The notes: generated by a model from the sequence alone, not told the origin. A stretch of 56,223 bases of DNA from a bacterium (GCA_021827685.1 JAKAUM010000003.1:1-56223); one strand, 5' to 3'. Shown: positions 46,917 to 56,223, numbered from the stretch's first letter. Made by a program: numbers and translations.

Positions 46917-47888
46917 ATGATGAAAGCCGGCAGACTCGGCGCGAAGAAACTCATCGTGTTCGATCTTGACGGCACGCTCGCGCCGAGCAAGGGCAAGATT
47001 GACGCGGAAACGGCCGGCCTCCTCGCGCGGCTCCTTGCCGTAAGGAAAGTCGCCGTGATAGGCGGGGGAAAATATTCCCTATTCCGGTCCCAGCTCGCGG
47101 AGGCTTTCGCGCGCATCCCGAAGCCGCTCCTGCCGCGGCTCTTCCTTTTCCCGACGACTTCGACGGCGTTCTACCGGTATGACAAAGGATGGAAAAATAT
47201 CTATAAGCTCGCGCTTTCAAAGCGTGAGCGGGCGAGGATAAAGAAAGCTTTCCGGGAAGTGTTCAGGGAAGCAGGCTATCGCGGGCCGGAAAAGGTCTAC
47301 GGAAAGACGATAGAGGATCGCGGGACGCAGGTTACGTTTTCGGCGCTCGGCCAGGAAGTCGTCGCCCGCCTCGGCAAGAGGGGCTTCAAGATGAAGGATG
47401 AGTGGCGGAAAAAATACGCGCCGCTCAAGATTAAAATGGCGAAACTCCTCGCGCGCCGCCTGCCCGGGCTCGAGGTGCGCGCCGCCGGCTATACCTCCAT
47501 CGATGTTACGAAAAAGGGCATCGACAAGGCGTACGGCATCCGGCAGATTGAAAAATATCTCCGGATTCCGGCGCGTGACATGGCCTTCGTGGGAGACGCG
47601 CTTTTTCCGGGAGGAAACGATTACGCCGCGCGCCGGACGGGCGCGGATTGCGTCGCGGTGCGCGGCCCCGCGGACACGAAGTCGATCATTAAAAAAATAT
47701 TGACTGGCGCGGGCGCGGAGGATATGATGAGCTCACGACAAGCACATGCCGGAATTTCTCAACAGCTCTCTCGGAATAAGGATGACCGTGGACGAGGTCG
47801 TGCAAAGCATCGTGGATTTCATGCGCATGGAACCCGCGCGGCGCTACCGGGTGACGATCGGAACCGACTCCGAACTCCTGCGCGCTAA
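46917..47888 (+). CDS. HAD-IIB family hydrolase (phosphomannomutase-like)
   Basis: FDLDGTLA, EDRGTQ, TSIDVT..GIDKA, GDALFPGGND. The tail after about 47700 overlaps the next gene. Confidence 0.88.
   Translation: MMKAGRLGAKKLIVFDLDGTLAPSKGKIDAETAGLLARLLAVRKVAVIGGGKYSLFRSQLAEAFARIPKPLLPRLFLFPTTSTAFYRYDKGWKNIYKLALSKRERARIKKAFREVFREAGYRGPEKVYGKTIEDRGTQVTFSALGQEVVARLGKRGFKMKDEWRKKYAPLKIKMAKLLARRLPGLEVRAAGYTSIDVTKKGIDKAYGIRQIEKYLRIPARDMAFVGDALFPGGNDYAARRTGADCVAVRGPADTKSIIKKILTGAGAEDMMSSRQAHAGISQQLSRNKDDRGRGRAKHRGFHAHGTRAALPGDDRNRLRTPAR
47700..47728 (+). promoter_or_regulatory. Sigma70-type promoter for the YkuK-family gene
   Basis: TTGACT-17 nt-TATGAT, 17 nt upstream of ATG 47746. Confidence 0.55.
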
Positions 47889-48225
47889 GAACGCCGATTT
47901 CGTGACAGCCATCGTCGTGCACCGCGTGGGGAACGGCGGCCGCTATTTCTGGCGCCGGTTCGAACTCGGCAAATTCCACAATCTCCGCGACCGGATCATA
48001 AAGGAGGTGCTCGTCTCGCTTGAGGTCGCCGAGAAAGTGCTCGCCGCGCTGAAACGGTTCCCGCTCCCCGATTTCGATTTTGAGATCCATGCCGACATAG
48101 GCGAGAACGGCCCGACGAAGGCCGTCATCCAGGAGGTCGTCGCGATGATCCGCGGCAACAATTTCCAGGTGAAGTACAAGCCCGAGAGCTACGCGGCCTC
48201 GAATGTCGCCGACCGCCACGTGTAG
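47746..48225 (+). CDS. Ribonuclease H-like YkuK (DUF458) family protein
   Basis: IGTDS, TAIVVHRVGNGG, EIHADIG, KPESYAASNVADRH. Confidence 0.88.
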   Translation: MPEFLNSSLGIRMTVDEVVQSIVDFMRMEPARRYRVTIGTDSELLRAKNADFVTAIVVHRVGNGGRYFWRRFELGKFHNLRDRIIKEVLVSLEVAEKVLAALKRFPLPDFDFEIHADIGENGPTKAVIQEVVAMIRGNNFQVKYKPESYAASNVADRHV

Positions 48226-48272
48226 CCGCGGCGCCTACGGCGCCGTTCCGCGGCAGGCATCGAATTGCGCAC

Positions 48273-48851
48273 ATGGACACCATCGTTTTCGACATTGAAA
48301 CGCAGAATTTTTTCACCGACCCCGGCGTGGGGCGCGACAATTTCGAGGCGCTCAGGATTTCGGTCGTCGGCGCGTATTCCTATTTGCAGGACCGGTATTT
48401 TATTTTTGAGGAAGGCGAGATCGGTTCGCTCGCGGAGCTTTTTCGGAGCGCCGGGCGGCTCGTAGGATTCAGCATGAACCGCTATGACGTGCCGGTCCTC
48501 AACCGGTACCTCAGGAAGCTCGGCGCGGATGCGCCGAACCTCTGGGACAAGGAACGCGTGGATCTTTTGGAGGAGATCGAAATGGCGGCGGGGCAGAGGA
48601 TAAGCTTGAGCCGCCTCGCCGAGGCGAATCTCGGCGTGAAGAAGGAACATCACGGATCGGAAGCCGGGATGCTCTACCGCGACGGCAGGATGGACGAGCT
48701 CAAGGAATATTGCCTGAACGACGTCCGGCTCACGAAAGAGCTCTACGATCTTTATCGGCGCGACAACTGCCTTCTCCTGCCCGACAAGAAAGCCGGGGAG
48801 GCGGTGCGCGTTTCGTTCGCGAAATCCTTCTCGGCCGCCGGATTGTTTTAA
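48273..48851 (+). CDS. RNase H-like DEDD 3'-5' exonuclease domain protein
   Basis: VFDIET, GFS..RYDVP, YCLNDV. Confidence 0.85.
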   Translation: MDTIVFDIETQNFFTDPGVGRDNFEALRISVVGAYSYLQDRYFIFEEGEIGSLAELFRSAGRLVGFSMNRYDVPVLNRYLRKLGADAPNLWDKERVDLLEEIEMAAGQRISLSRLAEANLGVKKEHHGSEAGMLYRDGRMDELKEYCLNDVRLTKELYDLYRRDNCLLLPDKKAGEAVRVSFAKSFSAAGLF

Positions 48852-48861
48852 CGAGCCATCC

Positions 48862-50082
48862 ATGAAAAGGATATATCTCGATTTTGCCGCCTCGACGCCG
48901 GTAGACCCCGAGGTGTTCGCCGCGATGGAGCCGTATTTCGCGAAAAAATTCGGCAATCCGGGGTCGCTTCACTCGTTCGGCCGGGAGGCGATTGCCGCCG
49001 TCGACCGCGCGCGGGAGACGGTCGCGCGGGCCGTCGGCGCCGATTTCAGGCAGATCGTTTTCACGTCGTCGGCCACGGAGGCGAATAGCCTCGCGCTCCG
49101 CGGCGCGGCGCGGAGGTTTCGGGAAGAACGGGGAGGCCGCGCCGCGCCGCGCCTCATCGTTTCGTCCGTGGAGCACGAATCGGTGCTCGAGACGGCGCGC
49201 GCCATGGAGCGCGAAGGAATCTCCGTGGCATACGCGCCGGTGGACGCCGCGGGCGCCGTGGACGCGGATTTTATAAAAAGGCATCTTGCTCCGGAAACAG
49301 CCCTCGTATCCGTCATGTACGGCCAGAACGAGACGGGAACGCTCGAACCGGTGCCGGAAATCGCGCGGATCGTGGCGGATTTCCGCCGCGCGGCCGCGCC
49401 GCCCCTCGCGCGGCCGCTTTTTCATACCGATGCCGCACAGGCGTTCCAGTTTTTCGACTGTTCCGCGGGGGCGCTCGGCGCGGATCTCGTTACGATTTCA
49501 TCCCAGAAGATCTACGGGCCGAAAGGGGCGGCGGCGCTTTTCGTAAAGGATCTTTCCGCGCTCGCGCCCGCCCTGGAGGGCGGCGGCCAGGAATTCGGCC
49601 TCCGTTCGGGAACGGAGAATGTTCCGGCCATCGTAGGGTTCGCGAAGGCGGTCGAGCTCGCCGTCGCCGCCCGCGAAAAAGAATCGGCGCGCCTCGCGCC
49701 GCTCGCCGCGCGCCTCGCGCAGGGGATCAGGACGCGCGTGCCGGGCGCCGAGATAAACGGCGCGGAGCCGGGCATAGAGGCGGGAGGAAGCGGCGGGCGG
49801 CGCCTGCCTCATATCGTGAATATATATTTTCCCGGACGCGCCGCGGACGAGCTCCTTACGAAGTTCGACCTTGCGGGACTCGCCGTTTCCTCGGGTTCCG
49901 CGTGCCGCGCCCGCGCGGCAGCGCCGTCCTACGTCATCGCGGCGCTTGCGAAAGCCGCGGGGTTCGGCGAAGTGCGGGCAAAGGACCGCGCGCGCGGGAG
50001 CATCCGTTTCAGCCTGGGGCGCGGAACGTCCGCGGATGAGATAGAAGAGGCGATCAAGCTTGTCGCGGAGGCCGCCGCGTGA
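48862..50082 (+). CDS. iscS: Cysteine desulfurase (IscS/NifS family)
   Basis: YLDFAASTP, GNPGSLH, HTDAAQ, SQKIYGPKG, RSGTEN, SSGSAC. Confidence 0.93.
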   Translation: MKRIYLDFAASTPVDPEVFAAMEPYFAKKFGNPGSLHSFGREAIAAVDRARETVARAVGADFRQIVFTSSATEANSLALRGAARRFREERGGRAAPRLIVSSVEHESVLETARAMEREGISVAYAPVDAAGAVDADFIKRHLAPETALVSVMYGQNETGTLEPVPEIARIVADFRRAAAPPLARPLFHTDAAQAFQFFDCSAGALGADLVTISSQKIYGPKGAAALFVKDLSALAPALEGGGQEFGLRSGTENVPAIVGFAKAVELAVAAREKESARLAPLAARLAQGIRTRVPGAEINGAEPGIEAGGSGGRRLPHIVNIYFPGRAADELLTKFDLAGLAVSSGSACRARAAAPSYVIAALAKAAGFGEVRAKDRARGSIRFSLGRGTSADEIEEAIKLVAEAAA

Positions 50083-50143
50083 ACCGCGCGGACGATGAAA
50101 CTTTTTTTCAAACGGCCTCGTATTATGTAATAATAGGAACCAT

Positions 50144-51511
50144 ATGGAACATCACGCCGTGGAGGAACACGCAGTGGCAGTGGAAGAGCGCGGGCCGTCC
50201 GCCCGAAAGAAAACGCGCAAGGGGAAGGTGGCCGCCGTCACGCTTGTCGCGCTCGTCGCCGGGGTTTTTCTCGGGTTCGCGGCAAGCGCGCCGCGCGCGC
50301 ACGCGAATGCAGTGAGCGATTTTTTCAACAACCTCTTGGCGCCGCTCGGCCTCGGCGGCAATTCGTCGGGGACGTCTCAGGGCGCGTCCGCGCCGGCCGC
50401 CGGTTCTTCGTCCGTGCCGCTCTATGAGCCCGCGCAGAGTTACGAGCAGGCGGTCGTGGACGCGGTGAAGCAGGCCGCGCCGGCGGTCGTCTCCATCGTT
50501 ATTTCGAAGGAGGTGCCGGTCGTGAGCCAGTGCCCGTACAACCCTTTCAGCAGTTTGCCGCCGGGATTCCAGCAGTTCCTCGGCAATGGCGGGAGTGCTC
50601 CGCAATTCACCGAGCCGTGCAGTACCGGACGCACCCAGCTCCAGCAGGTAGGCGGCGGCTCCGGCTTCATTATTTCCTCGAACGGCCTCATTCTCACGAA
50701 CAAGCACGTCGTTTCAGACCCGTCCGCGTCGTACACCGTGATACTGAATAACGGGGCGAAGTACAAGGCGACCGTGCTCGCGCGCGATCCGATGCAGGAT
50801 ATCGCGGTCGTGAAGATAGATGCGTCCAACCTGCCTACGGTCACGCTGGGCGACTCGAGCGGGCTTGAACTCGGCCAGACGGCGATCGCGATCGGAAACG
50901 CGCTCGGCCAGTTTTCCAACACGGTGTCCGTGGGGGTCATTTCGGGCCTCCAGCGCACCGTAACGGCAACCGGGCCGGTGAGCGGCGGCGAGGAGACGAT
51001 CCGCGGCGTTATCCAGACGGATGCCGCGATCAACCCGGGGAACTCCGGCGGCCCGCTCCTTAATCTCCGCGGGCAGGTGATCGGCATTAATACGGCGGTC
51101 GCCTCGGGCGCGCAGAACATAGGGTTCGCGATGCCGATCAATCAGGCGAAGAACGACATCTCTTCCGTCGAGGCGACGGGGAAGATAGAGGTGCCGTATC
51201 TCGGAGTGCGGTACCTGATGGTCACGCCCTCGCTCGCGAAGAGCCAGGGCCTGGCCGTGGACTACGGCGCGCTCGTTCGCGGCGACGCGCAGGGCCCGGC
51301 CGTCATGCCCGGGTCGCCCGCCGCGAAAGCCGGGCTCCGCGCGGAGGATATCATCATTTCCGTGGACGGCCAGAAGATCGATCAAAACCACGATCTCGGA
51401 GAAGTCATTGGCGCCTATGCCGTAGGCCAGACGGTGAATCTGGAAGTGGAGCGCAACGGGAAGCAGATCCCGCTCTCTGCGACGCTCATTAACAGGCCTG
51501 CGGGGGCCTGA
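50144..51511 (+). CDS. htrA: HtrA/DegP serine protease with one PDZ domain
   Basis: TNKHVV, DIAVVKI, TDAAINPGNSGGPL, PDZ GSPAAKAGL. Confidence 0.95.
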   Translation: MEHHAVEEHAVAVEERGPSARKKTRKGKVAAVTLVALVAGVFLGFAASAPRAHANAVSDFFNNLLAPLGLGGNSSGTSQGASAPAAGSSSVPLYEPAQSYEQAVVDAVKQAAPAVVSIVISKEVPVVSQCPYNPFSSLPPGFQQFLGNGGSAPQFTEPCSTGRTQLQQVGGGSGFIISSNGLILTNKHVVSDPSASYTVILNNGAKYKATVLARDPMQDIAVVKIDASNLPTVTLGDSSGLELGQTAIAIGNALGQFSNTVSVGVISGLQRTVTATGPVSGGEETIRGVIQTDAAINPGNSGGPLLNLRGQVIGINTAVASGAQNIGFAMPINQAKNDISSVEATGKIEVPYLGVRYLMVTPSLAKSQGLAVDYGALVRGDAQGPAVMPGSPAAKAGLRAEDIIISVDGQKIDQNHDLGEVIGAYAVGQTVNLEVERNGKQIPLSATLINRPAGA

Positions 51512-51615
51512 GCAGGTTGCGCCTTCGCCGCTTGCCCGCAGGCGGCACCCTATTAGCAATCTCATGCCGAGATTGACAATGGAAGCCCCCGCCCTATAAT
51601 AAAAACAATACCTAA

Positions 51616-54318
51616 ATGCCAAATTTCCACCGTTTTACGATAAAGGCTCAGGAGGCCCTGCAGAACGCCCAGGAGCTCGCGGCGAAAAAGAACCACGGCG
51701 AGCTCCGCGGGCTTCACCTCCTCGCCGCGCTTCTCGAGGACGGGCAGTCGCTCGTGGTTCCGGTGCTCGAGCGCTGCGGCGTGAACATCGAAAAATTGGA
51801 CGACCAGGTTGATCTCGAGCTCGACCGCATTCCGCCGATCCTCGCGAACTCGACGGTGGGCCAGCTTTATCTTTCCCAGGAGCTCCTTAAGGCGCTCGAC
51901 CAGTCGGCGAAAATCGCGATGCAGCAGAAAGACGAATTCGTCTCCTGCGAACACCTCCTGCTCGCTCTCCTCGAAGTTCCGGGCGGCGCGAAGAGCGTGC
52001 TTGAGAAGTTCGGCGTGAAGCGCGAGCAGGCGTTCCGGATACTCGCCCAGCTCCGCGGCTCCGTGCGCGTGACGGACGAAACTCCGGAGAGCAAATTCCA
52101 GGTACTCGAGAAATATGCCATCAACGTAAGCGAAAAAGCGAAGGCGGGCCAGCTCGATCCCGTGATCGGCCGCGAGGAGGAACTGCGCCGGCTTATGCAG
52201 GTGCTCTCGCGCCGCACGAAGAACAACCCCTGCCTTATCGGCGAGCCGGGCGTGGGGAAGACGGCCATCGTCGAAGGCCTCGCCCAGCGCATTATCGCGG
52301 GCGACGTGCCCGAGCCGCTCAAGGGCAAGCAGGTGCTAATGCTCGACCTTGGATCCCTTATCGCGGGCACGAAGTTCCGCGGCGAGTTCGAAGACCGCCT
52401 GAAGGCGTTCGTGAAGGAGATAAAGAACGCGGCGGGCCAGATCATCCTCTTTATAGACGAGATTCACACGATCGTCGGCGCCGGCGCCGCCGAGGGCGCA
52501 ATCGACGCGTCCAATCTCCTGAAACCGGCCCTCGCCCGCGGCGAGCTCCACGCGATAGGCGCGACGACCATCCGCGAATACCAGAAATACATCGAAAAGG
52601 ACGCGGCGCTCGAGCGGCGCTTCCAGCCGATCATGGTGGAAGAGCCTTCCATAGAGGATTCCATCGCCATCCTGCGCGGCTTAAAAGAAAAATATGAGAT
52701 GCACCACGGGATGCGCATCAGCGACGAGGCCATCGTGGAAGCCGTGAACCTCGCGGCGCGCTATATCACCGACCGCTTCCTCCCCGACAAGGCGGTTGAC
52801 CTGATAGACGAAGCGGCCGCCGCGCGGCGGCTGGAATCGGAGAGCTTGCCGAAGGAGATCGACGGCATCCGGCGTTCCGTCACGCGCCTCGAAGTGGAGC
52901 GGCAGGCGCTCGTGAAAGAGGGAGCCGCGAAGATGAACGCGCGCGTGAAAGAGATAGAAAAGGAAATCGCGAAGCTGAAGGAACAGAACGACGAGCTCTC
53001 CGCGAAATGGCACTCGGAGAAAATAAAGTTCGAAACGCTCCACCAGCTCCGGCAGAAGGTGGAAAACTTGAAGCGGGAAGCCGAGGTGTCCGAACGGGAA
53101 GGGAATCTTGAGCGCATGGCTCAGATCATGTACGGAGAGCTTCCCGAGGCGGAGAAAGCATTCCAGGTATTCGAAAGGAAGAATTTCGGAGGCCCCGCGG
53201 CGCCGTCGGACCGGCCGGCGGCGGCTCCGCGCGGCCGCCGTAAAAAGGCGCCCGCGGCAGGTTCCGCATCCGGCGCCGCAGGGCGCTTCCTTAAGGAATC
53301 CGTGGACAAGGAGGACGTCGCGGCAGTCGTTTCCGTCTGGACGGGGATCCCGCTGAAGCGGATGCTCGAGACCGAAATGGAGAAGCTTACGAAGATAGAA
53401 GACGTGCTCCGCGGGCGCGTCGTGGGGCAGGACGAGGCGATTTCGGCGGTGGCGTCGGCGCTCCGCCGCGCGCGCGCCGGCCTTTCGGATGAAAACCGGC
53501 CGATCGGATCGTTCATGTTCCTCGGCCCCACAGGCGTAGGGAAAACGGAGCTTGCGCGCACGCTCGCCGAATTCATGTTCAATGACGAAAAGGCGCTCGT
53601 GCGGATCGACATGTCGGAATATATGGAGCGGCACGCGACGGCGCGCCTCATCGGCTCGCCGCCCGGCTACGTCGGCCACGAGGAAGGGGGCCAGCTTACG
53701 GAAACCGTGCGCCACCGCCCTTACAGCCTGATCCTCTTCGATGAGATAGAAAAAGCCCACCCGGAGGTGTTCAACGTCCTTTTGCAGATCCTGGACAACG
53801 GGCGCCTGACCGACGGCAAGGGGAAAACCGTGAATTTCAAGAATACGATTGTCATCATGACCTCGAACGTGGGGAGCGAGCACCTGAAGGCGATGTCCCG
53901 CATCGGCTTCAATGCGGAAGGCGCTTCGGCGGCTGCGGCAGAAGAGGGCGACTATCGCGACAAGGTGATGGAGGCGCTGAAGCACCAATTCCGCCCGGAG
54001 TTCCTGAACCGCATCGACGATATCGTGGTCTTCAATCCGCTTCACCGCGAAGAAATCAAGAAGATCGTGGATATCCAGGTCGCGCTCGTCGAAAAACAGC
54101 TTGCCGGGCGGAATATCAAGCTGGAAATAGACGGCCCGGCCCGCGATTACCTTGCCCGCGAGGGTTTCAGCGCGGAATTCGGCGCGCGTCCCTTGAAACG
54201 GCTCATTCAGAAAGTTATCCTTGATAAGCTGGCCGACAGGATCATCCGCGGCCAATTCAAGGATGGCGGAAAAGTTAAAGTCAATTTCAAGGCAGATTCA
54301 CTGGTCTTCACTTCTTAG
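51616..54318 (+). CDS. clpB: ATP-dependent chaperone ClpB
   Basis: Two AAA modules ([16 protein letters not shown]), long coiled-coil M domain, FGARPLKR. Confidence 0.95.
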   Translation: MPNFHRFTIKAQEALQNAQELAAKKNHGELRGLHLLAALLEDGQSLVVPVLERCGVNIEKLDDQVDLELDRIPPILANSTVGQLYLSQELLKALDQSAKIAMQQKDEFVSCEHLLLALLEVPGGAKSVLEKFGVKREQAFRILAQLRGSVRVTDETPESKFQVLEKYAINVSEKAKAGQLDPVIGREEELRRLMQVLSRRTKNNPCLIGEPGVGKTAIVEGLAQRIIAGDVPEPLKGKQVLMLDLGSLIAGTKFRGEFEDRLKAFVKEIKNAAGQIILFIDEIHTIVGAGAAEGAIDASNLLKPALARGELHAIGATTIREYQKYIEKDAALERRFQPIMVEEPSIEDSIAILRGLKEKYEMHHGMRISDEAIVEAVNLAARYITDRFLPDKAVDLIDEAAAARRLESESLPKEIDGIRRSVTRLEVERQALVKEGAAKMNARVKEIEKEIAKLKEQNDELSAKWHSEKIKFETLHQLRQKVENLKREAEVSEREGNLERMAQIMYGELPEAEKAFQVFERKNFGGPAAPSDRPAAAPRGRRKKAPAAGSASGAAGRFLKESVDKEDVAAVVSVWTGIPLKRMLETEMEKLTKIEDVLRGRVVGQDEAISAVASALRRARAGLSDENRPIGSFMFLGPTGVGKTELARTLAEFMFNDEKALVRIDMSEYMERHATARLIGSPPGYVGHEEGGQLTETVRHRPYSLILFDEIEKAHPEVFNVLLQILDNGRLTDGKGKTVNFKNTIVIMTSNVGSEHLKAMSRIGFNAEGASAAAAEEGDYRDKVMEALKHQFRPEFLNRIDDIVVFNPLHREEIKKIVDIQVALVEKQLAGRNIKLEIDGPARDYLAREGFSAEFGARPLKRLIQKVILDKLADRIIRGQFKDGGKVKVNFKADSLVFTS

Positions 54319-55012
54319 GGCGGCCGTTTTTAGCGCCGCCTGGCTTTTCCTCCCGTTTTGGGCGTTTGTCATCGTCGCCCTCTACCTCTATTTCGTGCCA
54401 TGGTTCGGGCCAGGGCGGCTTTTCGTCCCGTTCGCCGCCCTGCTTATCCTTGCATATATCGAGCCGGCGGCGCCGGACGCCGCGGGATTCTGGTCCGCCA
54501 TCGTATTCGGGGCGGTGTTCTACTGCATCCTCCTCGTAAAAGACCTTTTAGTCCTGGACCGCCGCGCCTTTTACGAAGCAATCATTTTCGCGCTTGCCCT
54601 GTTCCTCCTCCGCGATTTCTACCGCGGCTTCGATACGGGTGTCGGCGGCCCGGATGGGGGATGGGGACTATTCATGGCATTTTTCGCGGCGGGCGCGATC
54701 GCGCTCCTTATTAAGAGCTTTTTTGCCTCATTGGGGGAAGAGGGCGCCGGCGCCTCGCCGCACCGCCGCATGATCCACTGGCTGTTTTTCCTCATCCTTG
54801 TCCAACTCTGCGTCGCGGGGCTTTTCCTCCCGCTCGATTTCACTTACCAGTCAATAGCCGTTTTTCTTATAGCGGCGCCCCTTATAGACCTTACGGCGGA
54901 ATATCTCGTATCCGGCGGCGGCGGCCCTTCCCGGAATAAAGTTGCGGGCACCGCAGGCGTCGTCGCGATATTGTTCGTCTTTATCCTTTCGTCCGCGCAT
55001 TGGGGCCTGTAA
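54263..55012 (+). CDS. Polytopic membrane protein
   Basis: About eight hydrophobic segments; start overlaps the clpB 3' end. Confidence 0.7.
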   Translation: MAEKLKSISRQIHWSSLLRAAVFSAAWLFLPFWAFVIVALYLYFVPWFGPGRLFVPFAALLILAYIEPAAPDAAGFWSAIVFGAVFYCILLVKDLLVLDRRAFYEAIIFALALFLLRDFYRGFDTGVGGPDGGWGLFMAFFAAGAIALLIKSFFASLGEEGAGASPHRRMIHWLFFLILVQLCVAGLFLPLDFTYQSIAVFLIAAPLIDLTAEYLVSGGGGPSRNKVAGTAGVVAILFVFILSSAHWGL

Positions 55013-55050
55013 GCTTGCCTTTTCCGGATTGCCGGATTATCCTTTTCCGC

Positions 55051-55791
55051 ATGCGTGAAAACGGCAATCAATCCAGCAACGGGGTCCTCACGAAGGCCTA
55101 CGAAATAAGCTATGCCGCTTTCCGGATCGCTTCGCGGACGGGAAGCGTCGCGCTCCGCGAACATCTCGAGCGGCAGGCGCTTTCGCTTCTGGATGCCGCT
55201 ACGGTGGAAAACTATGGCTGGATCAATATCGTTTCCCGCGCGATCGGATATCTTATAAGGTTCGGCGGCGACGTCGGACTGGTCAATGAGGAGAATAAGG
55301 AGACCATCCTCCGCGAACTCGCCGAGCTGGATGCCCGCGTCGCTGGCACGGAAAAACCGGCCGTCATCGAGCCCGTTCCGCTTGATGATATTTTTTCCGG
55401 ACAGGAGCCGCTTTTTCGAAATGAATTGATAAGGAAGGCGAGACCGGCAATCCGGCAAACCGAACGGAAAGAGGATCGGGATTCGGAACAATTGCGCGAG
55501 CGAGAGAGAGAATCCGCCGACCCGTCCATAAGGCAAGAGACGATATTTAATATAATTCGGCAATCCGGCAATTGCCGCCTCCGCGATCTTACTGCCGCAT
55601 TGCCGGATTATAGCGAGCGTACTCTGCGCTATGACCTTGAGACGCTCTCGTTGCAGGGGCTGGTTGAAAGAATCGGCAACGGAGGCCCTGCCGTTTTCTA
55701 TAGAATCCGGCAGACCGCGGCAAACAGTCCCGCCGATATTGCCGCGGAAGGTTCCATTTCGGAAGGAGCCGTTCCCCGGGGATCCGTATAA
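55051..55791 (+). CDS. Hypothetical protein with C-terminal DeoR-type wHTH
   Basis: RQETIFNII...SERTLRYDLETL...GLVERIG. Confidence 0.75.
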   Translation: MRENGNQSSNGVLTKAYEISYAAFRIASRTGSVALREHLERQALSLLDAATVENYGWINIVSRAIGYLIRFGGDVGLVNEENKETILRELAELDARVAGTEKPAVIEPVPLDDIFSGQEPLFRNELIRKARPAIRQTERKEDRDSEQLRERERESADPSIRQETIFNIIRQSGNCRLRDLTAALPDYSERTLRYDLETLSLQGLVERIGNGGPAVFYRIRQTAANSPADIAAEGSISEGAVPRGSV

Positions 55792-55866
55792 GATTTCCAC
55801 AGGATTGCGGGCTTCTTACGGGGTAACCTTTTTTTTCGACTTGCGTTATAATTACCGCATAGGTTC

Positions 55867-55991
55867 TGGTGTGAGGCTGGAACCGCTGAAGAGCGTAAAG
55901 CCGGGAAAGCCGGCACAAAGCGCCTCCGGATGAGATCCGAGGGCGCGGAGATGATGAAATCCAGCCTCGCCCAAAGCGAGCGTTTTCTTTT
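55867..55991 (+). ncRNA. Candidate structured leader RNA (four-way junction)
   Basis: TATAAT at 55847; 11-bp closing stem 55871-55881/55960-55970 enclosing three hairpins. Confidence 0.55.
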
Positions 55992-56182
55992 ATAAAAGAT
56001 AAAGACCCCGCGGCTTCTTCATTCTTCCTGCCGCCGCCTCCTCACAGCGGCTGCGGACAAGGGTGGAGAGACAGCGGTCCCTAAAAAAGTATTGCAACCA
56101 AAAGGTCGACGGCCCACGGCTCCATAACGGATCCAAAGGTCGATACCTCAAATAAACATTGTCGAAAACATAACTCATATAA

Positions 56183-56223
56183 ATGTCTAGCAAAAAATTG
56201 GTTTCTGTGGTTCTCACGGTTTC
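56183..56223 (+). CDS. 5' fragment of a probable secreted protein (cut by the window edge)
   Basis: MSSKKLVSVVLTV.. reads as a signal-peptide start after an A-rich leader; only 13 full codons visible. Confidence 0.5.
   Translation, partial: MSSKKLVSVVLTV

Noticed and set aside
26175-54255. Long antisense or alternate-frame ORFs (e.g. 26175-28472, 28671-30338, 45400-46899, 52681-54255)
   Set aside because: Shadows of high-GC genes on the opposite strand, with no motifs.
55893-55950. c-di-GMP-I (GEMM) riboswitch
   Set aside because: A GAAA-looped hairpin followed by CAAAG is reminiscent, but the GAC-GCAAA junction and the tetraloop receptor are missing.
55880-55965. Hammerhead ribozyme (CTGAAGA ... 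GAAA)
   Set aside because: No stem I, no NUH cleavage triplet after the would-be stem III strand, and no C before GAAA to close stem II.
1-56223. CRISPR array, IS elements, rRNA, tmRNA, RNase P, SRP RNA
   Set aside because: No regularly spaced repeats, transposase motifs or diagnostic conserved RNA sequences seen by eye.
1-56223. Alternative genetic code (TGA = Gly, code 25)
   Set aside because: TGA ends the histidine kinase, HtrA, ThyA and IscS at their expected C-termini, and conserved genes have no internal TGA.

Overview
High-GC bacterial chromosome segment whose gene content points to Patescibacteria/CPR (Parcubacteria-like), genetic code 11. This is inferred from the tandem VirB2-like pilins, orphan solute-binding protein, TrmB regulator, Cys-repeat surface protein and CCA-less tRNAs. 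Core genes: ftsH, folA/thyA/dcd/glyA/folD, S1-domain rpsA, gyrA, a Xer recombinase, rpsO-NYN-pnp, recA, ftsK, iscS, htrA, clpB. There are nine tRNAs, a lower-GC accessory stretch after tRNA-His (about 4.1-10.2 kb) and a single-gene islet at tRNA-Arg. Best leads: (1) a CYTH enzyme coupled between dcd and thyA, where a dUTPase step is needed; (2) a four-way-junction RNA with a competing terminator-like hairpin in a long leader at the window end; (3) a distant PvcA/Dit1 (isocyanide synthase)-like orphan; (4) unusual tRNA features: tRNA-Ile(UAU), C55 T-loops, C74 always but C75 never encoded, and a tRNA whose first base is the last base of a stop codon; (5) a pilin fused to an M15-type Zn peptidase; (6) pervasive leaderless promoter architecture. 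All protein calls come from motif recognition by eye; no searches were run. Several starts were moved from the ORF track to the likely true ATG.
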